A stretch of DNA of 64,000 nt from Heterostelium pallidum. Taxonomy: Eukaryota. The stretch spans positions 183,941-247,940 of the forward strand of contig NW_008805103.1 in assembly GCF_000004825.1 (NCBI RefSeq). Reading direction: 5' to 3'. The notes beneath the pieces were generated by a model. That model was given only the letters and a program-made list of their open reading frames with translations. It did no database searches and had not been told where the DNA came from. Positions 1-10,570 of the stretch are shown here, in pieces. Each line of letters starts with the position of its first letter. Position 1 is the stretch's first letter. The translations under genes were made by a program, and so were the position numbers.

Positions 1-36
1 TCAATTTTGTTAATATATTTATATTTTATTTTCTAG

Positions 37-142
37 ATTCGTTGATCTTAGATACGATTATGATGCCTTGCCAGGTTGCCCAATCCCAAAGAGACCATTG
101 ACCGATGACGTCAAGGTCATTCAAATGGGAATCACACTTTAA
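37..142 (+). CDS. 3'-terminal coding exon of a gene that starts upstream of the window; product unknown
   Basis: AG acceptor at 35-36 after an AT-rich stretch. A GC-richer 35-codon frame (..FVDLRYDYDALPGCPIPKRPLTDDVKVIQMGITL) ends at TAA 140-142. Confidence 0.3.
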
Positions 143-771
143 AACAATATTAAGATATTAATAATAGCTTTGGTTTTTTCAACTCTTTCCTTTAAACGAA
201 AAGACGATAAGAAACCAATCAATACCGAATGATACCTATCTCTATTTTATTATTATCAATATTATATATATTTTTCAGATTTAGTTATTATCGATTTTCG
301 ATGTAGTGCGATGGTTTAGCCAATACAAAATACAAAAACTTTCGACAAAGGTAAAAACCATCAACTCTCACTAATTGGATAATAAACACATTGTACTCAA
401 TATAATACGACTTTTTCTTACCTGTACAGTAACAAACAAACCAAACAAACCAAATTCCTCCTCTCCGATTTTCTTTTTTTTTTATTAATTGTTATCACAA
501 TTTTATAACTACCAATAAGATGAAGGTCTTTGTTTTTGGAAAAAAAAAAAAAAAAAAGTGGTTGTGCAAAAAAAAAAAAATTGATTTTGATTGGTCTTCA
601 TTGGTTTTATGTGAAAGTTGAAAAAAATGAAGATATTTGTTATTACAAATATCACCCACACCCGAAATTAATTTATAGTGCTAAAGAAAATTCATTATCT
701 TCTTTTTTAAATATCAACAACTGTAGTTTTGTTTAGTTAGTTTTTTTTTTTTTTTATATATCAAAAGATAA

Positions 772-2325
772 ATGGATAATATAAGTAAAAGTGTAGCAAT
801 TATAGGTGCAGGACCTTCAGGACTGGTCAGTTGTAAATCAGCGTTGGAGTGTGGTTTGTTACCAACTGTCTTTGAGAAGAATAGCGATGTTGGAGGAATT
901 TGGTCGGTATCAAGTGGTAAAGTTTGGGATTCACTCCACACCAACCTCTCTGTGCACACTATGATGTTTTCAGATTTCCCATGGGAGAGCGAATGGTATT
1001 CCAAAGATTTCCCACCACACACAGAAGTTATCGCATACCTCGATCGATATGCCCGTCATTTCAAACTGTACCCACATATCCGTTTGAATTCCACTGTAAT
1101 CTCTGTCTATAGCGATGGAAAGAAATGGATAGTTGAATCGATAACAACAACTGCTGCCGATGGTAGCAAATCAGAAGTAAAGAACAAAGAATCGTTCGAT
1201 TCCATTATTATTGCAAGTGGAATGCTTGAATACCAGAGACCATTGAATATTGTTGACATTGAGAAGTTCACCGGTACGATTTCTCATGGTCGAGACTATA
1301 AGAATGCTGGACAGTTTACTGGCGACTCGTTTTTGGTGATTGGTGACAGCTATAGTGGTTGTGAAATCGCAGCGGAACTCACTATGAAATCAGCGGATGT
1401 TTCTGTCACTCAATTGATGAAGCGACCCTCCTGGATATTGGAAAAATACTTGCCAAGTCCACCTACCAAACCAGATGATCCGCCCAAACTCTTACCTCTG
1501 GATTTTCTATTCTTCTCAAGAGTTGGAATAGATTTTTTTGCAACAAATTTCAAAACATTACCAGAGGCATTCAAAGTTCGACATGAAATGTTGTCACAGA
1601 TGTGCGCCAAACAACAGTCAGTTAAACATCTACAACATGAGCTGCCAAAACAAGATTGTCCATCTATTTGTATCTCTGATAACTATACCGACATTGTAAA
1701 GAGTGGTAAAATTGATATCCATCCACAGATAACCGGTATCGAAGGAAAAACAGTACACTTTTCCAGTGGAGAATCAAAAGAAATCGATCATATCATTTTA
1801 GCATGTGGTTTTTCCTATGAGCTACCGTTTTTAGACCACAGTGTTCTGAAGGACATTGATTATGACCCAAATGAAAGGGTGGTACCGATCATTCTTCACA
1901 AGACAGTGTTCCATCCTACAATGGCTAATATTGGTTTCGTAGGTTGGTATGTCGCTGCATTGTTTCCAATCATTGAATTGCAAGCGAGATGGCTAACCTT
2001 GGTTTTATCAGAGCAAGTGGATGCACCAACCAAAGAGCAGATCGAGGCAGGTATGAATGCTGAGCGAGCAATCCGTGATAGTCCAATCAAATTGCGAATT
2101 CCACATATGGAAATGCCAGTGATTGGCGATGATTTGGCAGCGCAATTCGGAGCACTTCCAGATTTACAAAAAATCAAAGACGAAGATCCTCATTTATATC
2201 ATTTGATTTACAACAACTTTGCATCACCTGCATCCTATAGATTAACAGGTCCTTATGCCAACGCTGAACTGGCCACAAAGATATTGAACGACATTAATAA
2301 TAAATATTATATAAATTCAAAATAG
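772..2325 (+). CDS. Flavin-containing monooxygenase (FMO-like), single exon, 517 aa
   Basis: N-terminal FAD-binding GxGxxG (IIGAGPSGL). A second dinucleotide-binding motif (VIGDSYSGCEIAAEL). An FMO 'FATGY'-type motif (ILACGFSY). Uninterrupted ORF 772-2325, stop TAG 2323-2325. Confidence 0.85.
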   Translation: MDNISKSVAIIGAGPSGLVSCKSALECGLLPTVFEKNSDVGGIWSVSSGKVWDSLHTNLSVHTMMFSDFPWESEWYSKDFPPHTEVIAYLDRYARHFKLYPHIRLNSTVISVYSDGKKWIVESITTTAADGSKSEVKNKESFDSIIIASGMLEYQRPLNIVDIEKFTGTISHGRDYKNAGQFTGDSFLVIGDSYSGCEIAAELTMKSADVSVTQLMKRPSWILEKYLPSPPTKPDDPPKLLPLDFLFFSRVGIDFFATNFKTLPEAFKVRHEMLSQMCAKQQSVKHLQHELPKQDCPSICISDNYTDIVKSGKIDIHPQITGIEGKTVHFSSGESKEIDHIILACGFSYELPFLDHSVLKDIDYDPNERVVPIILHKTVFHPTMANIGFVGWYVAALFPIIELQARWLTLVLSEQVDAPTKEQIEAGMNAERAIRDSPIKLRIPHMEMPVIGDDLAAQFGALPDLQKIKDEDPHLYHLIYNNFASPASYRLTGPYANAELATKILNDINNKYYINSK

Positions 2326-2732
2326 TCAGTTTTGGTATTTGAAAGATTTCACTCTATGTAATGGAATGGCACCAAATTCAAACTCCAGATAAGGTACTTC
2401 CTTTAAACCAATAAATCTATCATCATATAAAATTGAGAAATCTTCAATATTTACTTTGATTGTGTCAACTCCACTATAAATTATTAAAAAAGAGTTAGAT
2501 TTTTTCTAATTGAAATATATTAATAAGGAATTTCATTTATACAAACTTTAATTCGATTATAAATCTCTTCTGATGATGGTAATCTTGATTTTTTATCTTC
2601 TACTGAAGGTTCATCCTCTAACTTTGGACTTTTAATTCTTTTCGATTTCTCTTTTATAATCTTTTCATCAAAGATCTGTGCCTCTGATTCAAAGTACTCT
2701 ATCTTCTTTTGATACTCTTCATTTTCCAACAT
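2326..2732 (-). CDS. Hypothetical small acidic protein; exon structure unresolved
   Basis: Minus-strand 70-aa ORF 2520-2732 (MLENEEYQKKIEYFESEAQIFDEKIIKEK...). A terminal coding segment (..GVDTIKVNIEDFSILYDDRFIGLKEVPYLEFEFGAIPLHRVKSFKYQN*) ends at TGA whose complement is 2326-2328. That stop abuts the FMO stop codon. I could not find an intron joining the two pieces in frame. Confidence 0.3.
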
Positions 2733-2915
2733 GTCCTATGGAAATGATTCTTATTTCTTTCTATTATTTATTTTAAAAGGTTGATATTATTACGTTTAAT
2801 AAAAAGTTTTAGAATAATTATTGTTTTTCTGCTGGTGTTGTATTTTTCTAAAATTAATAGATGTAACATACTTTGGCACACCAATTTGATCAATATCCAT
2901 CTGAGAGTTCTTTTG

Positions 2916-3578
2916 TCACCTACTTCCATTGTGTTCAAATTCCTCTTGATCGATCGAGAAAATACTTTGATAGTTAGAAAACAGCCAATCTAGAATATGT
3001 ACGTGACCGAATCTAGCAGCTGTTTGAATGACCCCATGAATGCATTCTGGAACATCATCCTCAGGTGCTGCTTTCTTGAGCCACCATTGGACAACTTCCA
3101 ACTTTCCAGTCATCATACATTTCAATATTGTCGCCTGGCTATTTCGCAGTGTCGTATTGTCGTTTAGCCAACTTATCACATCGACCGATCCATTATTAGC
3201 AGCGCTATCCATAGACTCTTGTAAAGTAGATTTTAAACTATTGTTATCATTTTCAAATAGCCATTTTAACAATTCCAATCTTCCATTTCTAAGATTCATT
3301 ACCGCCTCTGTAACTCCAAAGGTTGTTATGCGTAGTAGCATTTTCATTAGCTCCACACTACCATTGTAAGCATACTCAAGTGACTTGTAAGAGAATCCTT
3401 CCGATCTATTGGTAATTAACCAATTTACAATGTCTAGTAGCTCAATTTTAATGGCAGAGTCAAACGCGTGATTGGTACAACCTTCACTCCTATTTTGATG
3501 TAGAAATACCATCGTTCTCTTTTTTGTCATTCTTACCGCCACCACCACCACCACCACCTTTTTTAGCACGTGAATCAA
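2916..3578 (-). CDS. Ankyrin-repeat protein (dictyostelid/giant-virus-type ANK repeats)
   Basis: Repeated ~33-aa units with the signature ..NGxxxVxxWLxxN.. / ..HQNRSEGCTNHAFDSA.. (compare AAENGHLEVVKWLHENRSEGCT of the Dictyostelium ANK families). Minus-strand ORF 2916-3578. The true start may be the internal ATG at 3530 (MTKKRTMVFLHQNR..). The upstream poly-G/poly-V tract makes the 5' end uncertain. Confidence 0.6.
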   Translation of the reverse strand: MIHVLKKVVVVVVAVRMTKKRTMVFLHQNRSEGCTNHAFDSAIKIELLDIVNWLITNRSEGFSYKSLEYAYNGSVELMKMLLRITTFGVTEAVMNLRNGRLELLKWLFENDNNSLKSTLQESMDSAANNGSVDVISWLNDNTTLRNSQATILKCMMTGKLEVVQWWLKKAAPEDDVPECIHGVIQTAARFGHVHILDWLFSNYQSIFSIDQEEFEHNGSR

Positions 3579-4712
3579 TGCAGACTACATTACCATTGTA
3601 CTGATTGATGGCTGACACACGTGTAAAATAGGTTCTTACTGATGATGATGTTGTTGTTGTCAATCTTAAACTATTTGAACATAACTTTGATTGATTCGTA
3701 ATACAAGTGCCAATAATATTGATATTGTTGAATCTTCTTAACAATATAATATTTAATCTTTGTTTCAAAAAACATGAGATTAAATATTGATAGTGCTGAT
3801 TTCCAATAAAAATGATCAAAAAAAAAAAAACTTTGATTGGGATTTTTTATGTTTTTTATTTTTTTTATTTTTCTTTTTAACAATATGGTTTCCCTATTTG
3901 GAATTAAATGTATACTCCAATATTCTCACTCAATCCAGCATTACATGTGCTATCATCTGGCTGCTCACATTGAAGTCTATTGTCACTGTAATATAAACCA
4001 TCTGGACTTTAAATCTCTGTTTATTAATAATTCCCAAAAACTAAAACTAGAGTAAAAAATAAAAAGATTAGAATTAACTTGGGTGTCATTTTATAAAGAA
4101 TAGAAAACTAATTTTTAATCTAATTTAAAATGTTTTTATTAAAAGAATCAATTTTAAATACTTTATTTTGTTTTAAAAAGTTTTGATTGTTTTTATAAAT
4201 ATTATTTTGTTTTAAAATGTATGTTTTCGAACCACTTTTTTCCTATTTACAAATTTTGACCCTACAATGCTAATACGAGTATTGGTGATAACTAAAATAT
4301 TTACAAAATATCCTTTAAGATTATTGATTATAAGTTTATTAAATGAAAATTCTATTAAAAAAATATATGATAAAAGTAAAGTTTTTTATATATACCTAAA
4401 TAACCACTTTTATCGTTTATTTAACTGTATTCCCCCCAATTCTCTTTTGGTAAAATTAAAAACAATCAATTTTTGAAATTTAAGATATCTTTTTTTTAAT
4501 CTCCTTTGTATCTTGCTTAGCATTGGTAAAAATTATCTAAAAGTAAATAGAATTCCAGGTTTAAAGATATAATTTAAGCTAATGGGATTAAATATTATTT
4601 TTATATTAAAATAAAGTATAAATGTGTGGAATGTTTAAAAAACAAGATATCTTTGACTTCATTCTCAATTTTTTATGAAGCTACTCTATTTTTTTTTTTA
4701 TTAACAAAAGTA

Positions 4713-5108
4713 TTAAAGATCTACACCTAAATTTACATCCAAAGGTAACGGATGACATGTACTATTTACTGGGTTTTCACAACGTAGTCCATCATCATTC
4801 CATTGTAAACCATCTGGACATGGTTGTTCAGAAAACACACCTGCATCAGTACATTGAATATAATTATTACAATCATCTGGATTCGGTTTCATACAGAAAC
4901 GAGGACCGGGGCAACCTTTTGCTACTTCGTCACAATCACAACGAGGATCACATTCCCCAGAATTTACTAAAAGTTGAATTATTTAATTATTTAATTTTAA
5001 ATTTTGGTTCATTAAAATGGTTAACTTTAAAAGTTGATTTCAATTTCAATATTTACCAAAAATAACAATTGTAAAAAATAAAAATAATAAAACTAGCTTT
5101 GCTGTCAT
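4713..5108 (-). CDS. Small secreted cysteine-rich protein with a chitin-binding (peritrophin-A/ChtBD2-like) 6-Cys domain, 2 exons
   Basis: Exon 1 5108-5057 (MTAKLVLLFLFFTIVIF, signal peptide; donor GTAAAT). Exon 2 4966-4713 after acceptor TTTTAG (VNSGECDPRCDCDEVAKGCPGPRFCMKPNPDDCNNYIQCTDAGVFSEQPCPDGLQWNDDGLRCENPVNSTCHPLPLDVNLGVDL*). Cys spacing C..C..C..CxxYxxC..G..C..GL.W......C is the CBM14 pattern. Confidence 0.6.
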
Positions 5109-6199
5109 TTTTAAAAAGAAATATTCTTTAGTAATCTAATTGATACTATTAAAGTGAAATAGTTTAAAATGATTTAATCCTGAATGAATTATATATTTAT
5201 ATATATTTTTAAATATGAAGAGATCTAAATCGGTTGTAAATCAAAATATATAAAACTTTTTGTAGGAAAAGTCATTTTTTTATGCCAAATTACAAAATGG
5301 TAACCCTTCAAATCAGAAATCCAAACATAAATAAATATATATATTTATTTATATCTTTTTGAATTGTAAAGTGAGTTTTTACCACTTTTATTACAATTTA
5401 CAAAAAGTAGCCCTTCAAATCGAATAAGACAATTTTAATTAAATCTAAATATACTTTTTTAATTTGAAAAAATAAATTTATCACTTTTCATCTTTTCTAT
5501 TTCTTCTAATTTTGTGTAATCATTTTAAATCAAAACAAAAAGAAGTTTGATCTTTAATTTGAAAAACAAAAAATAGAAATTTTGTATTGGGGTAGGGAAC
5601 TTTTACAATTCTTAATTTTTATTTTATTACTAGTAAAATATCATTTTTTTTTTTAAATAATAAAATATTTGTGCTAGCAAAAACAAAATCGCACCCTTTA
5701 TTAAAATCTAACTTATAATTAGCAAAAATAGAAATATGTTTATGAATATGAATCTTGGTGCAGAGGGTCACGAGAATGATGATTATATTAATAGAGATCC
5801 TGACATTAGAGACCCTGACGAAGAAGAAGAATAGATAGTGATGATAGTGATGATAGTAATAATAATCACAACAATGCATTACTTCCTCCAAATAATGATA
5901 ATAATTACAATAATAATCACAATGTAATAATAGTTCAACCAGAAAATGGATATAATGCAATTAGGAATGATAGAAATATAATCAACAACAATAATAATGA
6001 TGATGTTGGTTTAGTTAACTTGGATAAAGCTGGTGACTTAAAATACTTTCATTATAGACATAAAAAAAAAGCTATGGTTTTTATTGGTTTTGGTAAGTAT
6101 TATTTTTATGAAAATGAAACTATTAATCAGTCAATGAATGAATGAATGATTTAACTAAAATTTTTATTTCTTTATTACTGATTGATTCCAGCTTATAAT

Positions 6200-6969
6200 A
6201 TGTTTAGTGATTTGTTTGATAATACTAAAGATGACGCTATCAATTCAATCACTTGGCGAAATTATAGAAGCTCATGTGATAGTTCGTAACCATCCGAGTT
6301 TCAACTCGAACTACTATACGGTCAATCGTTTAGGTACTCAGAAGATATCAGATATGGTGGCAATTATGACGAAAAACTTCACAGATCCCGATCAAGGTTT
6401 GCGAAGATTGTGTATTAACAGAGAGTTACTTCCAACCACTCGGTAACAAGAAAGGATATACATTGCCAAAAGGCTATGGTATCAGTGTAAAATATGAAAA
6501 CTCTACATACTACTTTACAGATTTCACTACCAATTTTCAGAATGGAACTTCGATAGATGACATGGGTTTCATATCTGCTGCAATAGTAAAAGACTATCGG
6601 TATGGGTGGTACAAAGTTATCAGTAAATTTGGTGCAGTCTATATCGAAGGTTTGTTTAAATACAAATTGTAATATTAACAGAGGTCCTCAATGGAATGGA
6701 ATGGGTAAAGATCTGTATCAAAATGAACCTGTATTTAAAGCAAGCATGGACAAATGTGATCAAATATTCAAACAGTGTTTTGGTTATTCAATAATAGTTC
6801 GATTAAATCAATACCATCTGATGATCCAAATGATTTAATTAATCAACCAATTGTTGCACAGCCATCAATCTTTATGCAAATAGCATTGTTTGAATTATTA
6901 AATCATTGGGGTATCACACCATCGATCATGGTTGGTCATAGGTATTTTATAGCTCTATTTCTAAATTAA
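6200..6969 (+). pseudogene. Polyketide synthase fragment (linker plus start of acyltransferase domain) with frameshifts and truncation; relic/pseudogene
   Basis: Three consecutive ORF pieces in shifting frames (6463-6672 frame 1, 6602-6838 frame 2, 6775-6969 frame 1) carry PKS AT-domain hallmarks. ..[27 protein letters not shown].. is the FxGQG..W.GMG..L region. ..[41 protein letters not shown]| then breaks off exactly where the GHSxG active-site motif should continue ([11 protein letters not shown]). There is no plausible intron between the pieces. Confidence 0.5.
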
Positions 6970-7054
6970 TATCTTTAAATTATGTTTTAATTTTGGAGAA
7001 ATGTCCGCATGATTAATTAGAAATTTAGCTATTTAATAAACAGCCATAACCTAA

Positions 7055-7127
7055 ATCAGGTTAGCTCAGCTGGCAGAGCGTAGGTCTCATAATCCTAAGG
7101 TCGTGAGTTCAATCCTCACACTTGATA
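7055..7127 (+). tRNA. tRNA-Met (anticodon CAT), 73 nt, no encoded CCA
   Basis: Cloverleaf read by hand. Acceptor stem 7055-7061 atcaggt pairs with 7120-7126 acttgat (one G-U). D arm gctc/AGCTGGCA/gagc. Anticodon stem-loop taggt-CTCATAA-tccta places CAT at 34-36. T arm gtgag-TTCAATC-ctcac. Discriminator A at 7127. An A1:U72 pair is present. A T-run follows from 7173 (Pol III terminator-like). Confidence 0.9.
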
Positions 7128-7150
7128 TTTATTAAATCTTAAAAATCTAC

Positions 7151-7167
7151 ATGCGCGCATTACCCCT

Positions 7168-7199
<32 letters not shown>

Positions 7200-7209
7200 G
7201 AATTAATTC

Positions 7210-7237
<28 letters not shown>
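7151..7237. repeat. GC palindrome ATGCGCGCAT (7151-7160), then T27 - gaattaattc - A28 perfect long inverted repeat (7173-7237), immediately 3' of the tRNA
   Basis: Read directly from the sequence. The T-run probably doubles as a Pol III terminator. The A-run mirrors it to form a potential ~30-bp A:T hairpin. Confidence 0.8.
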
Positions 7238-7242
<5 letters not shown>

Positions 7243-7769
7243 TCATCTGTTAGATGCTTCTGGAACACTAACTAGCAGGTTAATGTTAATACCTGAAATT
7301 TGTTGGCTTATCATGAGTCAAAAAAATCTTTTTTTGCAAAAAAAAAAAAAAAAGTTAAACTTCCTTTGGAAAAGGGAAAACCCATTGGTTACAAAATTTC
7401 TTAGATCATTGAACTCTATAGTTTTGGTGGTGATTTACTATTGAAATGATGTGATAGTAATAATATATTGGCTTAAAAAAATAACATCTACCTAGTAAGT
7501 TTTGTTTTTAATCTAAAATTTTTTCTTAATCTAAAAGATACTAAAATATCATCTCCATTAAAAGAACTTTAGATATTATAATCAATATTTTCTGTACAAT
7601 AGAAAGACAACAAAATTAAGAATTAAATATATCTATATTATGTAAATTATTTTCTTTAAAAGTTTTATCTATTTATATTTAAGATCATCAATTTATAGCA
7701 TACATTTAAAAATTAATTAGAAAAAAAATATTAGTTTGTTTTTTTTTTTGTTTGTTTTTTTTTATTAAA

Positions 7770-10533
7770 TTAAGTTAAATATATTTGGTGAACATCACTT
7801 TCGGAAAATGGTCTCTTGCAGCTGGGGCATCTTCTTTTTCTGGTATCGATATTTGAATATATACATTCCTTACAAAACACATGGAAACATTTGGCGATTA
7901 CATGATTCTTTTGTCTATCATTACAAATAGTACATCTTAATTTTTGCTGTGAAATGATGAAAAAAAAAAAAGTTAGACACAGATTGCATTTCAAATAATA
8001 GAAAAGATGTATTATCTTCAACTTACATTTACTAATCTTAACTCTTCTTCTGCTGTCGATGTTGATGAAGTGGTATTTTGTGCTGCTTTTTCTAATTTCT
8101 TTTTAAGTATTTGTTTTTCCTCCTGTTTAATAAATAACAAAAAAATAGGAATAATTAATATCAATAAAAATTATAATTATTATAATTTGATTGAAACTTA
8201 CATCTAATCTCTTGGCTTTATCAATCTCTCTCTCCAAAGCAAATATTGAATCATCTGCTTTCTTCTTTAGTTCTGCGTTCATTGCACCGAGATGATCCCA
8301 CTGGGTCTTTAGCTCAGTGGAGTGTGCAGAGGTCTCTCTGACAAAACGTTTGTGCTTCTCCAACTCAAAGTTACAGGTGTGTAGCTCCTCGGTGACCTTT
8401 GAGAGCTGCTTCTGTAGTACCTGACATTTGTCCTCGATCTTTGCCATGATTTCCGCTTGATTCTTTAGTTTCTCATCGGAACGCGCCACCTTCTCCTCCA
8501 TTGAAACCGTTGCCTCCTTGGTCAGACGTATCGTTTGCTGTGATTTGATGTTCTCTGCCATCAGATGTGCATGAGTGTCCTCCTTGTCAGAGATCTGCTT
8601 TAGTAGTCGTGTGTTTTGCTCTTGCATCTGCTCGTACGCTTTACCCATGCTGTCGATCTCCATCATCAGGGCATCGAGTTCCTGCTTCTGGCTCTCCTGT
8701 GCCGATTTACTGAGCGCCAAATTCACCTCCAACTCTTTAATAGCCAATCTATGTTTTTCTTGTAGTTGATCGACTTGCTCTTGATGTTGTTGCTTCAACT
8801 GGTCCACCGTTACCAAACTCTTTTTCAACTCCTCCACTTGTTCCTTTAGTTTCTTCTCGGAGATCTGTAATTCTACAACATCTGCTTTCTCTGATGAACT
8901 CGATTTCAATATTTCCAATTCTTTTTCCTTTTCAATTAATTTCCTTTATTTAGAGAATAATAACAAATTAGTATTATAATTCTTTTTTTTAACTTTTCAA
9001 CTAAAACTGTACATGTACAGTTAAAATTTTACTTACTTTTCAGAATGTTTCAATTCTTCATTTGCTTTTGTAATTTCCTGTAGTTTCTCTGTGAAACCTT
9101 TGATCTCTTGGTTCTTTGACTCAATTTCTTTTTGAGCTTTGTTCTCGATTTGGGCGATTGCCTCCTTACCATCACGATAAGTTTCAACGGTTTGTTTAAG
9201 TTGTTCAATCTCTTTTTTCAACTTTTGAATGTCAGTGTCCTTGGTCTCGAGCATCATTCGCGACTCTGAGAGATACTCTTGCGATGGAATACCCGGTAGT
9301 TTCTGGTCGATAATGTTGATGAGCTTCTCCTTCTCTGACTTGAGCTCGGTGGCATCGCTCTCCAGCTGCTGGACACGACGCTCCAGATTCTGGCGACGCT
9401 GCAACTCGAATGCCTCGTAGCTCTCGCGATCCACACGACGTGCGATCGTGAGTTGCTGGAGTTCGTGTTGGAGTTTCGCAAAGAGATTGGTCTTGATGTC
9501 GAGTTCGTCCGACACCACCTGTAGACGTTGACGCAAGATCTGGTATGGCATCGAATTGATGATACGATCCTCCGGGATGTTACGGATGTCGATCTGAATC
9601 TGCTGTAGCTCCTTCATGAGATTGGCTTTCTCCTCGCGTAGCTTGCGCGCTTCGTTGAGACGCGACTCTGACTGGCGCTGCAACTCTTGATACTCCTCGG
9701 TGTTGGTGATCATACCGGCAGCAGCACCGCCGCCGCCACCGCTGTTCAAACCCCCGTTCTCACCGGTGACTCCACCGAGCTTCGGTGTGGGTGGACCGTT
9801 GGTGGTGGTCGTGGTGGTAGTCGAGGAACTCAGTGATGGCGACGACAGACGAATCGAAGGAATCTTGGGAATGTCATCCTGCATCTTTATCAATCGCTTT
9901 CTCTCTATATTTAGGTCATCGAGTGATCGCTCCAACTCTAACTTTAGCGCCTTGATACTGATCTGATAGACACCGGACTGGTCGGCCAGATACGAAGTCT
10001 GATCTGTCAGATGCTTACACTGCTGCAACAATCGATCATAAGAACACTGTAATATTTGATTCTGCTGTGACAGTTTATCGTTTTCCTCTTTCAACAGTTT
10101 TTCGAAATCGTTACTATTCATATCTATAATGACAATAATAATAATATATAAAAATAGAAATATTTGTTAATCGATTCATTTCCTTCTTCTTTTTTTTCAT
10201 TTTCATTTCACTCATTTTGTTTTTTCAATTTTTGATTGATTGATTTTGGTTGTTGATTATTCATACCTCTTGATGACTTTAATAAACGAAACAATGAAGT
10301 TGATGTAAAATGCTCTCTCTCTACGCTATCAGCAATCTTTGAGAATGCTACCTGTGTCTTTTTAATACGATTCTGTAGTAGTTGCTCCATTATATAGTTT
10401 TCATCGAGTGTCTGTGGTTCGGTAATATAGGATGTTAAGAAATTATATGATTCGACAAAATGATTACAATCATTATTATTATTATTATTTTCATTACTAT
10501 TATCATTGTTATTATTATTATTATTACTATTAC

Positions 10534-10570
<37 letters not shown>

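Noticed and set aside
3490-3819. ORF with a poly-Gly run (KKGGGGGGGGKNDKK) upstream of the ankyrin-repeat ORF
   Set aside because: Probably 5' UTR, intron or an alternative frame of the ankyrin gene's first exon. No support as an independent gene. It is the reason the 5' end of that gene is left uncertain.
6970-7800. tRNA-targeted retrotransposon (TRE5/TRE3/DGLT-A) flanking the tRNA-Met gene
   Set aside because: Looked for ORF remnants (RT, endonuclease) and terminal repeats within 1 kb either side. Only AT-rich non-coding DNA and homopolymer runs were found, so no element is called.
9229-9966. ORFs 9229-9420(+), 9254-9481(-), 9700-9966(+) with Arg/Ser/Pro/Val-rich translations
   Set aside because: They lie wholly inside the long GC-richer bre1 exon 5 in other frames or antisense. 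No motifs, and composition reflects codon bias of the real frame.
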